Source of the DNA: a virus
Lineage: Duplodnaviria; Heunggongvirae; Uroviricota; Caudoviricetes
Direction: 5' to 3' (one strand)
DNA: 18,404 bases
Virus record (IMG/VR): IMGVR_UViG_3300029713_000154
This document shows positions 1-7,564 of this stretch, piece after piece; the first letter of the stretch is position 1, and each line of letters begins with the position of its first letter. The position numbers and the translations under genes are program-made. The notes below the pieces were generated by a model, which saw nothing but the letters and a program-made list of their open reading frames with translations, was not told the origin of the DNA and searched no databases.

Positions 1-400
1 GGAGTGCCATGATGGTGCCCTCAGTGAGCCAGAGAGTTCAGTGTACGGGAATTCGTTTGCGAGCAGAACTGATAATATCCCTTTGTTCTCTTCTTAAATA
101 TTTATCTTTCTTGATAATTTACGATAAATACAGATACAAATTTAGCGAAAAGTTTTCCCCCTACAAACAACAGTAATTCATTAACTCTTTATTTTTCATT
201 TGGTTAAAAATTTTTCTCAATTTTGGCACGCTTCTCGCAATAACACTTTTGCGTTGATACTGAATTTCAAAGGGGGTTAATCCCCCGTCGGCACACCAGG
301 AACGGCCAGGCTGTTTTCCGGGCGTGTTCCGTCAGCCTTTGACGCCAATTATGGGTTCGATTCCCACATTCATTCCTGAAATGAATACTGGTTGTAACTT

Positions 401-439
401 ATTAAATAAAAAGTGAGGGATTGCGCAGTCAGCGATCCC
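401..439 (-). terminator. orphan terminator-like hairpin (minus-strand sense)
   Basis: GGGATTGC (417-424) pairs with GCGATCCC (432-439): 8 bp with one G.U and a 7-nt loop. Read on the minus strand it is followed by TCACTTTTTATTTAAT (complement of 401-416). No convincing minus-strand gene ends here. Confidence 0.3.
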
Positions 440-539
440 CGATAACGTCGCCGATAAAGACGCCGGGTAACAGGCAAAAGGGAATTCCCCTGTCGCTTCG
501 TGTCTGCTTCCGCGACGGCTGTTAAGCAAGGAATAGATA

Positions 540-1667
540 ATGATTAAGAAAATAAACGTAAGAAAAGATCAGCTGGCATTACTCTCCAGAAATGGCGATT
601 ACTACAAAGTGCTGCATGCAGGCGAGCATATTTTACCCTGGTTAAATACGCCGGAAGTGTTGCTGATTACTCTGGATGGCAGCGAAGTTCCCGACGTGCT
701 GGCGGATTATTTGCGCCGCTTTCAGCCTGATTGGGTGGAAAGATATTGCCTGGTGGCAGACATGTCGGAAACTGAAGCCGGGGCGTTGTATATGGACGGT
801 ATTTTGCTTGAGATCCTGCCGCCATCAACGCGCCGTTTATACTGGCGTGTAGAGGATGATTTGACGCTGGTGCGGATGAACACGCAGCAAGTCCAGGTAC
901 AAACGGAGGTGATGAATGCGGTATTGCAACCACGGCGCAAAGGGGCAGTTAAAGGCCGCGATGCAATACTAACGGTGCAAGTTCCGGCCTGGCACGTAGG
1001 CGTGCTGAAAATCGATGGTGAAACGCAGGCGCTGTTACCGCCGGGGCTGACCGCATACTGGAAAATAAATCATCTGGTTGAGGCTGAAGTTGTCGACACC
1101 CGCTTGCAGGTACTGGAAGTCAGCGGGCAAGAAATCTTAACGAAAGATAAGGTCAATCTGCGGATTAATCTCGCCGCTAACTGGCGCTACAGCGACGTGT
1201 TGCTGGCATTTAGTCAGTTAACGAAGCCGATTGATCATTTGTATCGGGAATTACAATTTGCCCTGCGTGAAGCGGTAGGTACGCGTACGCTGGATGAACT
1301 GCTGGAAGATAAACAGGTCATTGATGACGTTGTCAGCGAACAGGTGAAATCGCGCATGTTGCCATTTGGTATGGAGATTGCCTCATTAGGGGTGAAAGAT
1401 ATCGTCCTGCCTGGTGATATGAAAAATATCCTCGCGCAGCTGGTTGAGGCAGAGAAATCTGCGCAGGCGAATGTGATTCGCCGACGTGAAGAAACGGCAG
1501 CGACGCGCTCGTTACTGAACACCGCCAAAGTCATGGAGAACAATCCGGTAGCGTTGCGTTTAAAAGAGCTGGAAACGCTGGAGAGAGTGGCTGAGCGGAT
1601 CGATAACATCTCTGTATTTGGCGGTCTGGATCAGGTTCTGCATGGGTTGGTTAATATCAAAGGGTGA
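540..1667 (+). CDS. SPFH/band-7 (slipin-like) domain protein without an obvious transmembrane segment
   Basis: 375-aa ORF with an AAGGAA Shine-Dalgarno-like sequence upstream of ATG 540. The C-terminal half (LTKDKVNLRINLAANWRY...TRTLDELLEDK...FGMEIASLGVKDIVLPGDMKNILAQLVEAEKSAQANVIRRREETAATRSL) has the SPFH core followed by the usual Ala/Glu-rich helix. The N-terminal ~150 aa are unassigned and contain no hydrophobic stretch long enough for a TM helix. Confidence 0.8.
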   Translation: MIKKINVRKDQLALLSRNGDYYKVLHAGEHILPWLNTPEVLLITLDGSEVPDVLADYLRRFQPDWVERYCLVADMSETEAGALYMDGILLEILPPSTRRLYWRVEDDLTLVRMNTQQVQVQTEVMNAVLQPRRKGAVKGRDAILTVQVPAWHVGVLKIDGETQALLPPGLTAYWKINHLVEAEVVDTRLQVLEVSGQEILTKDKVNLRINLAANWRYSDVLLAFSQLTKPIDHLYRELQFALREAVGTRTLDELLEDKQVIDDVVSEQVKSRMLPFGMEIASLGVKDIVLPGDMKNILAQLVEAEKSAQANVIRRREETAATRSLLNTAKVMENNPVALRLKELETLERVAERIDNISVFGGLDQVLHGLVNIKG

Positions 1668-2464
1668 GTAACATGCCATTAAATGGAGTCAGTGCTGCGA
1701 TGCGCGAAAGGGTATCGCAGCAGTTAAAAGAAATTGAACGGCGGTATGATGTGAAAGTATTGTACGCCTGTGAATCAGGGAGTCGCGGTTGGGGATTTGC
1801 CTCGCCCGACAGCGACTACGATGTACGGTTTTTGTATGTTCACCCGCTGGAATGGTATCTGCGAGTAGAGTCACCGCGCGATGTTATCGAGCTGCCCATC
1901 GATGACGAGTTAGATGTTTCCGGTTGGGAGTGGCGTAAGGCGCTGGGATTATTGAAAGGCGCGAACCCGACGCTGATAGAATGGCTGGATTCTCCGGTGG
2001 TCTATCAACAAGATGAAGAAACGATAACGGCGCTTAAGGCAATGGTCCCAACGTGGTTTTCTCCGCTGCGTGCGCGCTGGCATTACTATTCGATGGCGCA
2101 GAAAAACTTCCGCGGATATTTGCAGGGCGATGAAGTTCGACTGAAAAAATACTTTTACGTGCTGCGCCCGCTGCTGGCCGTTCGTTGGGTTGAAGCGGGA
2201 AAAGGTGTACCGCCAATGCGTTTTTCCGAATTGCTGGCGGGAAGTGAGTTGGATGCGGCATTACGCGCAGAAATAGATGAATTGCTGGAGCGTAAACAGC
2301 GTGCGGGTGAAGCGGAATATGGACTGCGCCGTCCTTTGTTACATGCGTTTATTCGTGCGGAACTGGCGCGCGGGGAAATTCCTCCGCTGTTACCAGACAG
2401 CCGGGAAGGGGACGTTAAAGAACTGGATAGTTTACTGTACCAGACGGTAATGCGCCGGGCGTGA
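1664..2464 (+). CDS. pol-beta superfamily nucleotidyltransferase (COG3541/PF10127-like predicted NTase)
   Basis: Signature ESGSRGWGFASPDSDYDVRF (G-S ... D-x-D) near the N-terminus, followed by a helical C-terminal region. GTG 1664 overlaps the SPFH stop (GTGA). ATG 1673, preceded by GGTGAG, is an equally plausible start. Either way the gene is coupled to the upstream one. Confidence 0.8.
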   Translation: MSNMPLNGVSAAMRERVSQQLKEIERRYDVKVLYACESGSRGWGFASPDSDYDVRFLYVHPLEWYLRVESPRDVIELPIDDELDVSGWEWRKALGLLKGANPTLIEWLDSPVVYQQDEETITALKAMVPTWFSPLRARWHYYSMAQKNFRGYLQGDEVRLKKYFYVLRPLLAVRWVEAGKGVPPMRFSELLAGSELDAALRAEIDELLERKQRAGEAEYGLRRPLLHAFIRAELARGEIPPLLPDSREGDVKELDSLLYQTVMRRA

Positions 2465-2481
2465 AGCCCGGCGTTATTTTA
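2453..2481 (+). terminator. rho-independent terminator of the SPFH-NTase operon, shared with the convergent island operon
   Basis: CGCCGGGC (2453-2460), loop GTGAA, GCCCGGCG (2466-2473), then TTATTTTA. The NTase stop codon lies in the loop. The stop of the convergent 151-aa gene (2479-2481) lies in the T-tract. Confidence 0.6.
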
Positions 2482-2934
2482 CGGCTGATATTGCCAGCTA
2501 CTGACTAAAGCGTACAAGTGGTTTGGGGAATAGCGCCAACTCTCCTTTAATTGCAGAAATTCGGCACAAAATTCGCTGCAAAACAGGCGTTCACGCTGTT
2601 CTTTATTACCGGTAATAATTCCAAGCGCGCCGCGCCAATCATATTTTTTGCCATCATGTTTATGGAAAAACGCTTCCACGTCCTGAAGGCTGGCCTGGAG
2701 CGGCAGCATATCCCACTTATCCGCTGGCAATGGCATTATCTTTCCGCGTACACCGCGATCGCGCAGTGATGCAGAGTAACAAAGGTAACTCTTTTCACCA
2801 TGCTTAACGGCTAATTCACAGTGGGAATAACTACCGCGCGTGATTTTACGGGTAAGCCAGTCAGCCAGTCGGGCAATACCACGGTGCTCTGTTCGGCCCT
2901 TATAACAAGCGAGCCAGACAGTGGTTTTACTCAT
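2479..2934 (-). CDS. hypothetical protein, possible permuted papain-like/NlpC-P60 hydrolase (YiiX/YaeF, C92-like)
   Basis: 151-aa ORF whose ATG overlaps the chaperone stop (ATGA at 2931-2934). It has a His-containing motif GSYSHCELAV early and a Cys motif RLFCSEFCAEFL late. This His-before-Cys order is what I recall for permuted papain-fold amidases. The family call is tentative. Confidence 0.55.
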   Translation of the reverse strand: MSKTTVWLACYKGRTEHRGIARLADWLTRKITRGSYSHCELAVKHGEKSYLCYSASLRDRGVRGKIMPLPADKWDMLPLQASLQDVEAFFHKHDGKKYDWRGALGIITGNKEQRERLFCSEFCAEFLQLKESWRYSPNHLYALVSSWQYQP

Positions 2935-3545
2935 GCTTGCCAGCCTGTTGAATAATCGTAGTCGAGCACCGCCTGAATATCGTCCAGAGCTTCCACCGCC
3001 GCGATATGGTGCTGGGCATTGGCGAACAGGCGCATATCGTGATCCATTGTTACCGATTCAAACTGGGCGGCGATCTCGTTGGTTAACTCGATCAGACCGT
3101 TATTTTTAGTTTTCCACATTAACCCTGGAGGGATTTTTTTCTCCGCTCCCATTTTTGTGAGTGAGAGCTGTTGGATACGGCTGTTTGTATCACTGTGGAA
3201 GTGATGGTTGTTGATGATGATGTAATCGGTTGTGACGTAATCCCGTTTGGATTTTATTCTTCTTATTATATCCGCTTTTATTTCTGAAATAAATTTAAGC
3301 ATTGAATCTGTATCAACTATCCATTCTCCTTTTTTTAGTTTGTGAAATCTATCTGGTGGTGGCGTAGAGATAAAGGATAAATCTTCACAGTTAATCCAAA
3401 TTGGGATATTAGCTTTCGCATATGTCTGCCATTGCTGATCAGTTATTTCAACTAAATGTTCTACTTTAGGATAGTTGTAGTGTTCTGTATCGATCCAGTC
3501 CAGAACGATAAATGTTTCAGGATCAAAACAAGCATATTTTGTCAT
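2931..3545 (-). CDS. tail fibre assembly chaperone (Tfa/DUF4376-like)
   Basis: 204-aa ORF starting 6 nt downstream of the fibre gene. Central ...HHFHSDTNSRIQQLSL... and C-terminal ...AAVEALDDIQAVLDYDYSTGW resemble fibre-assembly proteins. The position is canonical for P2 G / Mu U. Confidence 0.75.
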   Translation of the reverse strand: MTKYACFDPETFIVLDWIDTEHYNYPKVEHLVEITDQQWQTYAKANIPIWINCEDLSFISTPPPDRFHKLKKGEWIVDTDSMLKFISEIKADIIRRIKSKRDYVTTDYIIINNHHFHSDTNSRIQQLSLTKMGAEKKIPPGLMWKTKNNGLIELTNEIAAQFESVTMDHDMRLFANAQHHIAAVEALDDIQAVLDYDYSTGWQA

Positions 3546-3551
3546 TTTTAA

Positions 3552-5378
3552 TTACCATGATATTTTTACGAAGCCAGAGGCACCTTTTGTTCCGCTAGTA
3601 TTGCCTAAATTTGTTAACTCATTATTTTTATATTGAAAAGGAGGTAAATAAGATCCCCCAGCTCCTCCAGAACCATAACCTGTTGCTGCTGTTGGCTTTG
3701 CCATTACTGCTTTTTTTCCACCATTACTTAGGTTTTCTGTAATAACAGTACCTGAAGCCCCTCCCTTTCCATATATAGAATTTTCACCATTCTTTCCAGG
3801 ATAAAATTCTGCAGATGACGGTATTGCATTTGGTGGAGTACCTTTAGGATCGTCACTGAATTTTATATAAGGCTGCGTAGTGTTAGAGTGATAAATGTTA
3901 TATCCTCCATGGCCACCTTTTGCAGTTAGATTAGAAAACGAAGAGTCTCCACCATCAAAGCTTTTTTGTGTTGTCTCTGTTTTATCATACGAATACTTTA
4001 TTTGTGAAACAGGTGGATTGTTCCAAAAAGGACCTCCATTACCTCCAGCTCCGATCTTTACTGAAAAATGCTGGCCTGGTGCCACGTTTAAGTAATCAAC
4101 AATCAATTCTCCTGCATTACCTCCGCAGGCTTCATAATGTGATGATTGTGCTCCTCCGGCCCCCCCACCTCCGCCGCCCATAATTTCCACAAATAATATT
4201 GTTACGCCCTCAGGAACTATAAATGTTCCATTTGTAGTATAAAAACTAGTGTGGGTATGATTAGCTGGAGCTGCAGTTTTTGCCTTATCCATTGCCGCCT
4301 TCACCGCGCTCGGTGTCGCCGCCTCCGTCGTACTGTTGCTATCCGTCGCGTTATTAAGCTTCACAATCCCTTTTTGCGACAGGGTGCCGTCTGGAACACC
4401 CGTAATCTGTCCCCATGGGTGAGTATGGTTTCCCGCAGCCTTACTATTCGCCAGGTCATATGCCGCCTTCACCGCGCTCGGTGTCGCCGCCTCCGTCGTA
4501 CTGTTGCTATTGGTCGCGTTATTAAGTTTCACAATCCCTTTTTGTGTCAGGGTACCGTCAGGAATACTCGTAATCTGCCCCCAGGGGTGCGTATGACTAC
4601 CCGCAGCCTTACTATTCGCCAGGTCATACGCCGCCTTCACTGCGCTCGGTGTCGCCGCCTCCGTCGTACTGTTGCTGTCTGTCGCGTTATTAAGCTTCAC
4701 AATCCCTTTTTGTGTCAGCGTACCATCTGGTATATCAGTAATCTGACTCCAGGTATGACGATGATTTCGAGCCTCAATCATTGCCGCTTTCACCGCTTTT
4801 GGCGTAGCCGCTTTGGTTTCGTCATCACTGTCAGTGGCGTTACTCAACTGTGTAAAGCCTTTTTGCGTTAACGTAGCATCAGGATGATTAGTCGAACGCT
4901 CATGTTCATCCAGTTGTGAATCAACATAATCCCGTGTTGCCAGTACAATACTGGGGTCAACGGTGAGTGTTACCGCAGTCGTGTTGGAAACTTCCATAAT
5001 CAGGCGAATGCAAACTTGCTTACCGCTGCCGCCGGGTAATAGTGGTTTATACGACTCCGGGAATTTACCGATAGCAATGAGTTCACCATCGGTATCAAAA
5101 ACGCCGACTTCACGTACATACCAGCCGCCGATATTTTCGGGCAGCACGAGTTCCGCAATTAACCAGTTAGGGTTATTGGGTGCAACTGTTAATGTATTTA
5201 AATCACCGCGCCATACTTCATGGCGTAATTTAGTTTGGCTGACGGTGGGTTCATAATATTGTCCTCCGCTGTCACCAACAGCCATTTTTTGTAGATGAAG
5301 CTGTTTTTTATCCGCCAGAGCATTGGCAATTTTTGCCATTCCCCTGTCGGTGAGTAGAGTATAAAACTCATTGTCCAT
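3552..5378 (-). CDS. tail fibre protein (P2 gpH-type N-terminus, repeat shaft, glycine-rich C-terminal tip)
   Basis: 608 aa in three parts:
- N-terminal ~150 aa (MDNEFYTLLTDRGMAKIANA...GGWYVREVGVFD...GKFPESYKP) look like the P2 H-type baseplate-attachment domain.
- aa ~169-376 are tandem fibre repeats (TLTQKGIVKLNNATDS..AATPSAVKAA..HTHPW).
- aa ~377-608 are Gly-rich (FIVPEGVTILFVEIMGGGGGGAGG...GFVKISW). Confidence 0.9.
   Translation of the reverse strand: MDNEFYTLLTDRGMAKIANALADKKQLHLQKMAVGDSGGQYYEPTVSQTKLRHEVWRGDLNTLTVAPNNPNWLIAELVLPENIGGWYVREVGVFDTDGELIAIGKFPESYKPLLPGGSGKQVCIRLIMEVSNTTAVTLTVDPSIVLATRDYVDSQLDEHERSTNHPDATLTQKGFTQLSNATDSDDETKAATPKAVKAAMIEARNHRHTWSQITDIPDGTLTQKGIVKLNNATDSNSTTEAATPSAVKAAYDLANSKAAGSHTHPWGQITSIPDGTLTQKGIVKLNNATNSNSTTEAATPSAVKAAYDLANSKAAGNHTHPWGQITGVPDGTLSQKGIVKLNNATDSNSTTEAATPSAVKAAMDKAKTAAPANHTHTSFYTTNGTFIVPEGVTILFVEIMGGGGGGAGGAQSSHYEACGGNAGELIVDYLNVAPGQHFSVKIGAGGNGGPFWNNPPVSQIKYSYDKTETTQKSFDGGDSSFSNLTAKGGHGGYNIYHSNTTQPYIKFSDDPKGTPPNAIPSSAEFYPGKNGENSIYGKGGASGTVITENLSNGGKKAVMAKPTAATGYGSGGAGGSYLPPFQYKNNELTNLGNTSGTKGASGFVKISW
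4251..4874 (-). repeat. in-frame tandem repeats inside the fibre gene (168-bp period)
   Basis: The string GCCGCCTTCACCGCGCT, or a near-identical version, restarts at 4294, 4462 and 4630, giving a period of 168 bp (56 aa). A diverged 153-bp-offset copy starts at 4783. At protein level there are three near-identical copies plus diverged first and last copies. Confidence 0.9.
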
Positions 5379-5380
5379 AA

Positions 5381-6028
5381 TTACTCCGGGTAAATAGATG
5401 TAATTTCAAGGCTCCATTGCCCTGTTCCGTAATAAATCGATGTGTTGTGCTGTACTTCCCGTATCTGGAAAGGTAAAACCGTCGTCAGTTCACCACCATA
5501 AAGTGCACAGCCAATAACAGGAATAGCACTTTGGTTAATGATCCAGACGATTAATGCTTCCAGTTTTGAACGTGTGTTTTTATATTCATGAATGAGTTCT
5601 ACCAAATCATTGAAAAGGTTTTCATCCAGGCCTTTATCCACCAGCGCTATATCCACCTTAAAAAAATAAGCCCTTCCCCCATATTCAAACCATTCTGAAA
5701 TAGTTCCTGGTAATGAGAGTATTTCCAGCACCCGCCGCACCGCCCAAATTGTTCCTTTATATTTATGCAGTTCAATGGCTTGTTTAATTAACTCGCGTTT
5801 CTCCCGCTCATCGGTGGTAAATAACCAACCTTCCAGCCCCTGAACGTGAAATTGTTCTGCAAGGGCTGGTAATGCCGAAGCATCAACCTGGTCGATCAGA
5901 TAAACCATCAACGCCGTCAGATCGAGTTGGGCAAAACGCTCGGCGGCGATATTTGCCAGAATCGAAAAACGCTCATCGCTGGCAAGCGGCGGCGGTGGCA
6001 GCAATTTATCCATCGCTGACTCCGGCAA
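5381..6028 (-). CDS. baseplate/tail protein, P2 gpI family
   Basis: 215-aa ORF between the gpJ-like and fibre genes. It overlaps gpJ by 23 nt and ends 2 nt before the fibre ATG. Size and position match P2 gpI. Confidence 0.8.
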   Translation of the reverse strand: MPESAMDKLLPPPPLASDERFSILANIAAERFAQLDLTALMVYLIDQVDASALPALAEQFHVQGLEGWLFTTDEREKRELIKQAIELHKYKGTIWAVRRVLEILSLPGTISEWFEYGGRAYFFKVDIALVDKGLDENLFNDLVELIHEYKNTRSKLEALIVWIINQSAIPVIGCALYGGELTTVLPFQIREVQHNTSIYYGTGQWSLEITSIYPE

Positions 6029-7121
6029 TCGTGACGTCTATTGCGGTGCATTCCGCCCACTCATGCGCCTGCAAAATACGTTTTGTAGGCATATTCAGCG
6101 CAACGTCATAGACGCCATCGACCTGTAACACTTTGATTATCTGGTTTGGCACAATGTCCTGCCCCAGATGTTTCTGCCGCTGTTGCGTCCAGAGGCTAAT
6201 CGCTTTACGCGCTGCAGCCAGCGTTGTCTCCTGATCGGCGGTGGTAAACAGCGTTAGCTGCGCACGGATCTCATATGGCACTCGAAGAGCGCATTTCGCA
6301 CTCACTTTGTCGGTCAGCGGACGTTTTTTCTCCTTGCTAACCTCCTGTTCAATTTGCGCGAGCAGTTCTATTCCCGGCAGTCCGTTCAGAGTTAGCGGGT
6401 AGATCTCCACGCAGCCTTCTGGCAATCCCTCGTCCGGCCCCAGTACTGCAACGTCAATAATCGACTGGCTAACAGAAAGCGTATGAAAGCGGTAGGCACC
6501 ATAGCTGCCCGCATTACTAAAGCTTTCTGGTGCCAGTTGGATACGCTGGCGCAATGCGTCATCGCTCTCTTCACCGCAGCCGCCCGTTGACGCAGTCAGG
6601 TTGGTTACGTTGATGTCATAATGACCAATCCTGTCGACCAGTGCGCTAATTTGTGCAGGCTGCCAGCCGTTACCCTGTTCACCTGCTGCGAGGCTGGTGG
6701 CAGGAACGGCGATATGCAAACTCCTGGCCGGAAGCAGAACATCTTCATCGGTGGCGAACATCACGCTATCAGAGGCACTGGCCCGCGTTCCCTGGGGAAT
6801 CAGGATATTGCTGGTATACGCGCTGACGACCGAAAACTGCAACGTCGTTTTTGCCGGCTGCGCAGGCAAACGGTGAACGCCCACCAACTCCCCTAAATAA
6901 TCCAGCATTGGCGCGCGGGAATACGCGACCAGGTTCTGTTTCGCCGCTTCCTGAATGGCGATGCGTACAAGGTTTTCACGATAGGCAAACAGGTCGATGA
7001 GCAACCGCTCAGCCTGTGCCGGATAGAGTTTTTTACCGCTGGCATCTTCGTATTGCGCAATCATCTCACTGGTAATTTGCGCAGGATCGCGGTCAATAAA
7101 ATTGGGTTCGGCTATCGCCAT
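6006..7121 (-). CDS. baseplate wedge protein, gpJ (Baseplate_J) family
   Basis: 371-aa ORF overlapping gpW by 10 nt. The N-terminus MAIAEPNFIDRDPAQITSEMIAQYEDASGKKLYPAQAERLLIDLFAYRE is typical of P2 J / Mu gp47-type proteins. Confidence 0.9.
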   Translation of the reverse strand: MAIAEPNFIDRDPAQITSEMIAQYEDASGKKLYPAQAERLLIDLFAYRENLVRIAIQEAAKQNLVAYSRAPMLDYLGELVGVHRLPAQPAKTTLQFSVVSAYTSNILIPQGTRASASDSVMFATDEDVLLPARSLHIAVPATSLAAGEQGNGWQPAQISALVDRIGHYDINVTNLTASTGGCGEESDDALRQRIQLAPESFSNAGSYGAYRFHTLSVSQSIIDVAVLGPDEGLPEGCVEIYPLTLNGLPGIELLAQIEQEVSKEKKRPLTDKVSAKCALRVPYEIRAQLTLFTTADQETTLAAARKAISLWTQQRQKHLGQDIVPNQIIKVLQVDGVYDVALNMPTKRILQAHEWAECTAIDVTIAGVSDG

Positions 7122-7471
7122 AACACCTCCGTTGAGTTGATAACGCCGTCAGCGGCGCGCCATTGCACACGTAACGTCAGATGTTCGCCGTCGATTACTG
7201 GTGTCACCTTCAGCAACCGACAGCGCGGCTCCCACTGGCGGATGGCTTCCACCGACTCCCGTACCACATGCGGAATTGCCCGCTCGATGGGGTAATCGAT
7301 GTAGTGCCACAAGTTGCTGCCAAACAGCGGTCTGTGGGGATCACTGCCGCGCGGTGTGCGCAGAATGATGTGTATTGCCTGGTGAATATCATCCAGTCCG
7401 CAGACGTATTCTTCAGGCCGCTGCAAGGCCGGTTGCCAGTGCAGCGTTGAGGGTCGTGTTTTTGTGTTCAT
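7112..7471 (-). CDS. baseplate wedge protein, gpW/T4 gp25 family
   Basis: 119 aa. The motif LRTPRGSDPHRPLFGSNLWHYIDYP...AIRQWEPR is characteristic of the GPW_gp25 family. No Shine-Dalgarno sequence precedes the ATG (GAAAATACCCTCATG). Confidence 0.9.
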   Translation of the reverse strand: MNTKTRPSTLHWQPALQRPEEYVCGLDDIHQAIHIILRTPRGSDPHRPLFGSNLWHYIDYPIERAIPHVVRESVEAIRQWEPRCRLLKVTPVIDGEHLTLRVQWRAADGVINSTEVLWR

Positions 7472-7477
7472 GAGGGT

Positions 7478-7534
7478 ATTTTCGCCCTGAACGGGCTGTG
7501 GCGATATTAAAGCGATTTAGAAAACTGATTGATT
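7478..7534 (-). promoter_or_regulatory. candidate activator-dependent late promoter (copy 2 of a conserved module)
   Basis: The minus-strand 31-mer AATCAATCAGTTTTCTAAATCGCTTTAATAT (7534 down to 7504) matches the 31-mer at 16094-16064 at 22/31 positions, ungapped. CTAAATC (7520-7514) is followed by exactly 30 nt and then GAAAAT (7483-7478). There is no -35 hexamer. Confidence 0.4.
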
Positions 7535-7564
7535 AAAAAGAGAAAACCCGCCATCAGGCGGGTT
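7531..7564 (-). terminator. rho-independent terminator between gpV and gpW
   Basis: Minus strand: AACCCGCC TGAT GGCGGGTT followed by TTCTCTTTTTAATC. It starts 5 nt after the gpV stop. Confidence 0.65.

Noticed and set aside
1-176. Partial genes at the left edge. One is a plus-frame ORF ending at ~97 (..ECHDGALSEPESSVYGNSFASRTDNIPLFSS*). Another is a 56-codon ATG ORF at 9-176. The third is a possible minus-strand start at 12-10 (ATGGCACTCC) with GAGGG upstream.
   Set aside because: Too little sequence to support any of them, and none matches a protein I recognise. The minus-strand start with an SD-like GAGGG is the most plausible but shows only 4 codons.
351-375. tRNA-like T-arm (ATGGG TTCGATT CCCAC) followed by 7 nt and C: a possible tRNA gene or att remnant
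   Set aside because: No complementary 5' acceptor strand, D-arm or anticodon arm can be folded upstream. The T-stem has only 4 clean pairs and there is no CCA. At most it is a decayed 3' tRNA fragment, and it does not abut the island.
480-489. Perfect 10-bp palindrome GGGAATTCCC upstream of the SPFH gene as a regulator binding site
   Set aside because: It is a single short palindrome with no second copy or recognisable operator family, so it could easily be chance.
332-529. 65-aa minus-strand ORF in the leader region upstream of the SPFH gene
   Set aside because: It has a TTG start, no SD and no recognisable motif, and a terminator-like hairpin lies in its middle. It is probably non-coding.
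4294-4797. Regularly spaced repeats, considered as a CRISPR array
   Set aside because: The 168-bp units are contiguous with no spacers, are in frame within the fibre ORF, and encode a known type of fibre repeat.
4251-4871. 206-aa plus-strand ORF, Arg/Cys-rich and internally repetitive
   Set aside because: It is the antisense shadow of the fibre-gene tandem repeats. Its repetitiveness simply mirrors the 168-bp repeats, and it has no start context or plausible composition.
2931-5378. Invertible fibre segment (Mu G / P1 C type) or a diversity-generating retroelement acting on the fibre
   Set aside because: There is no invertase or reverse transcriptase gene, no alternative inverted fibre/chaperone gene pair, and no gix/cix-like inverted repeats flanking the fibre 3' end that I could see.
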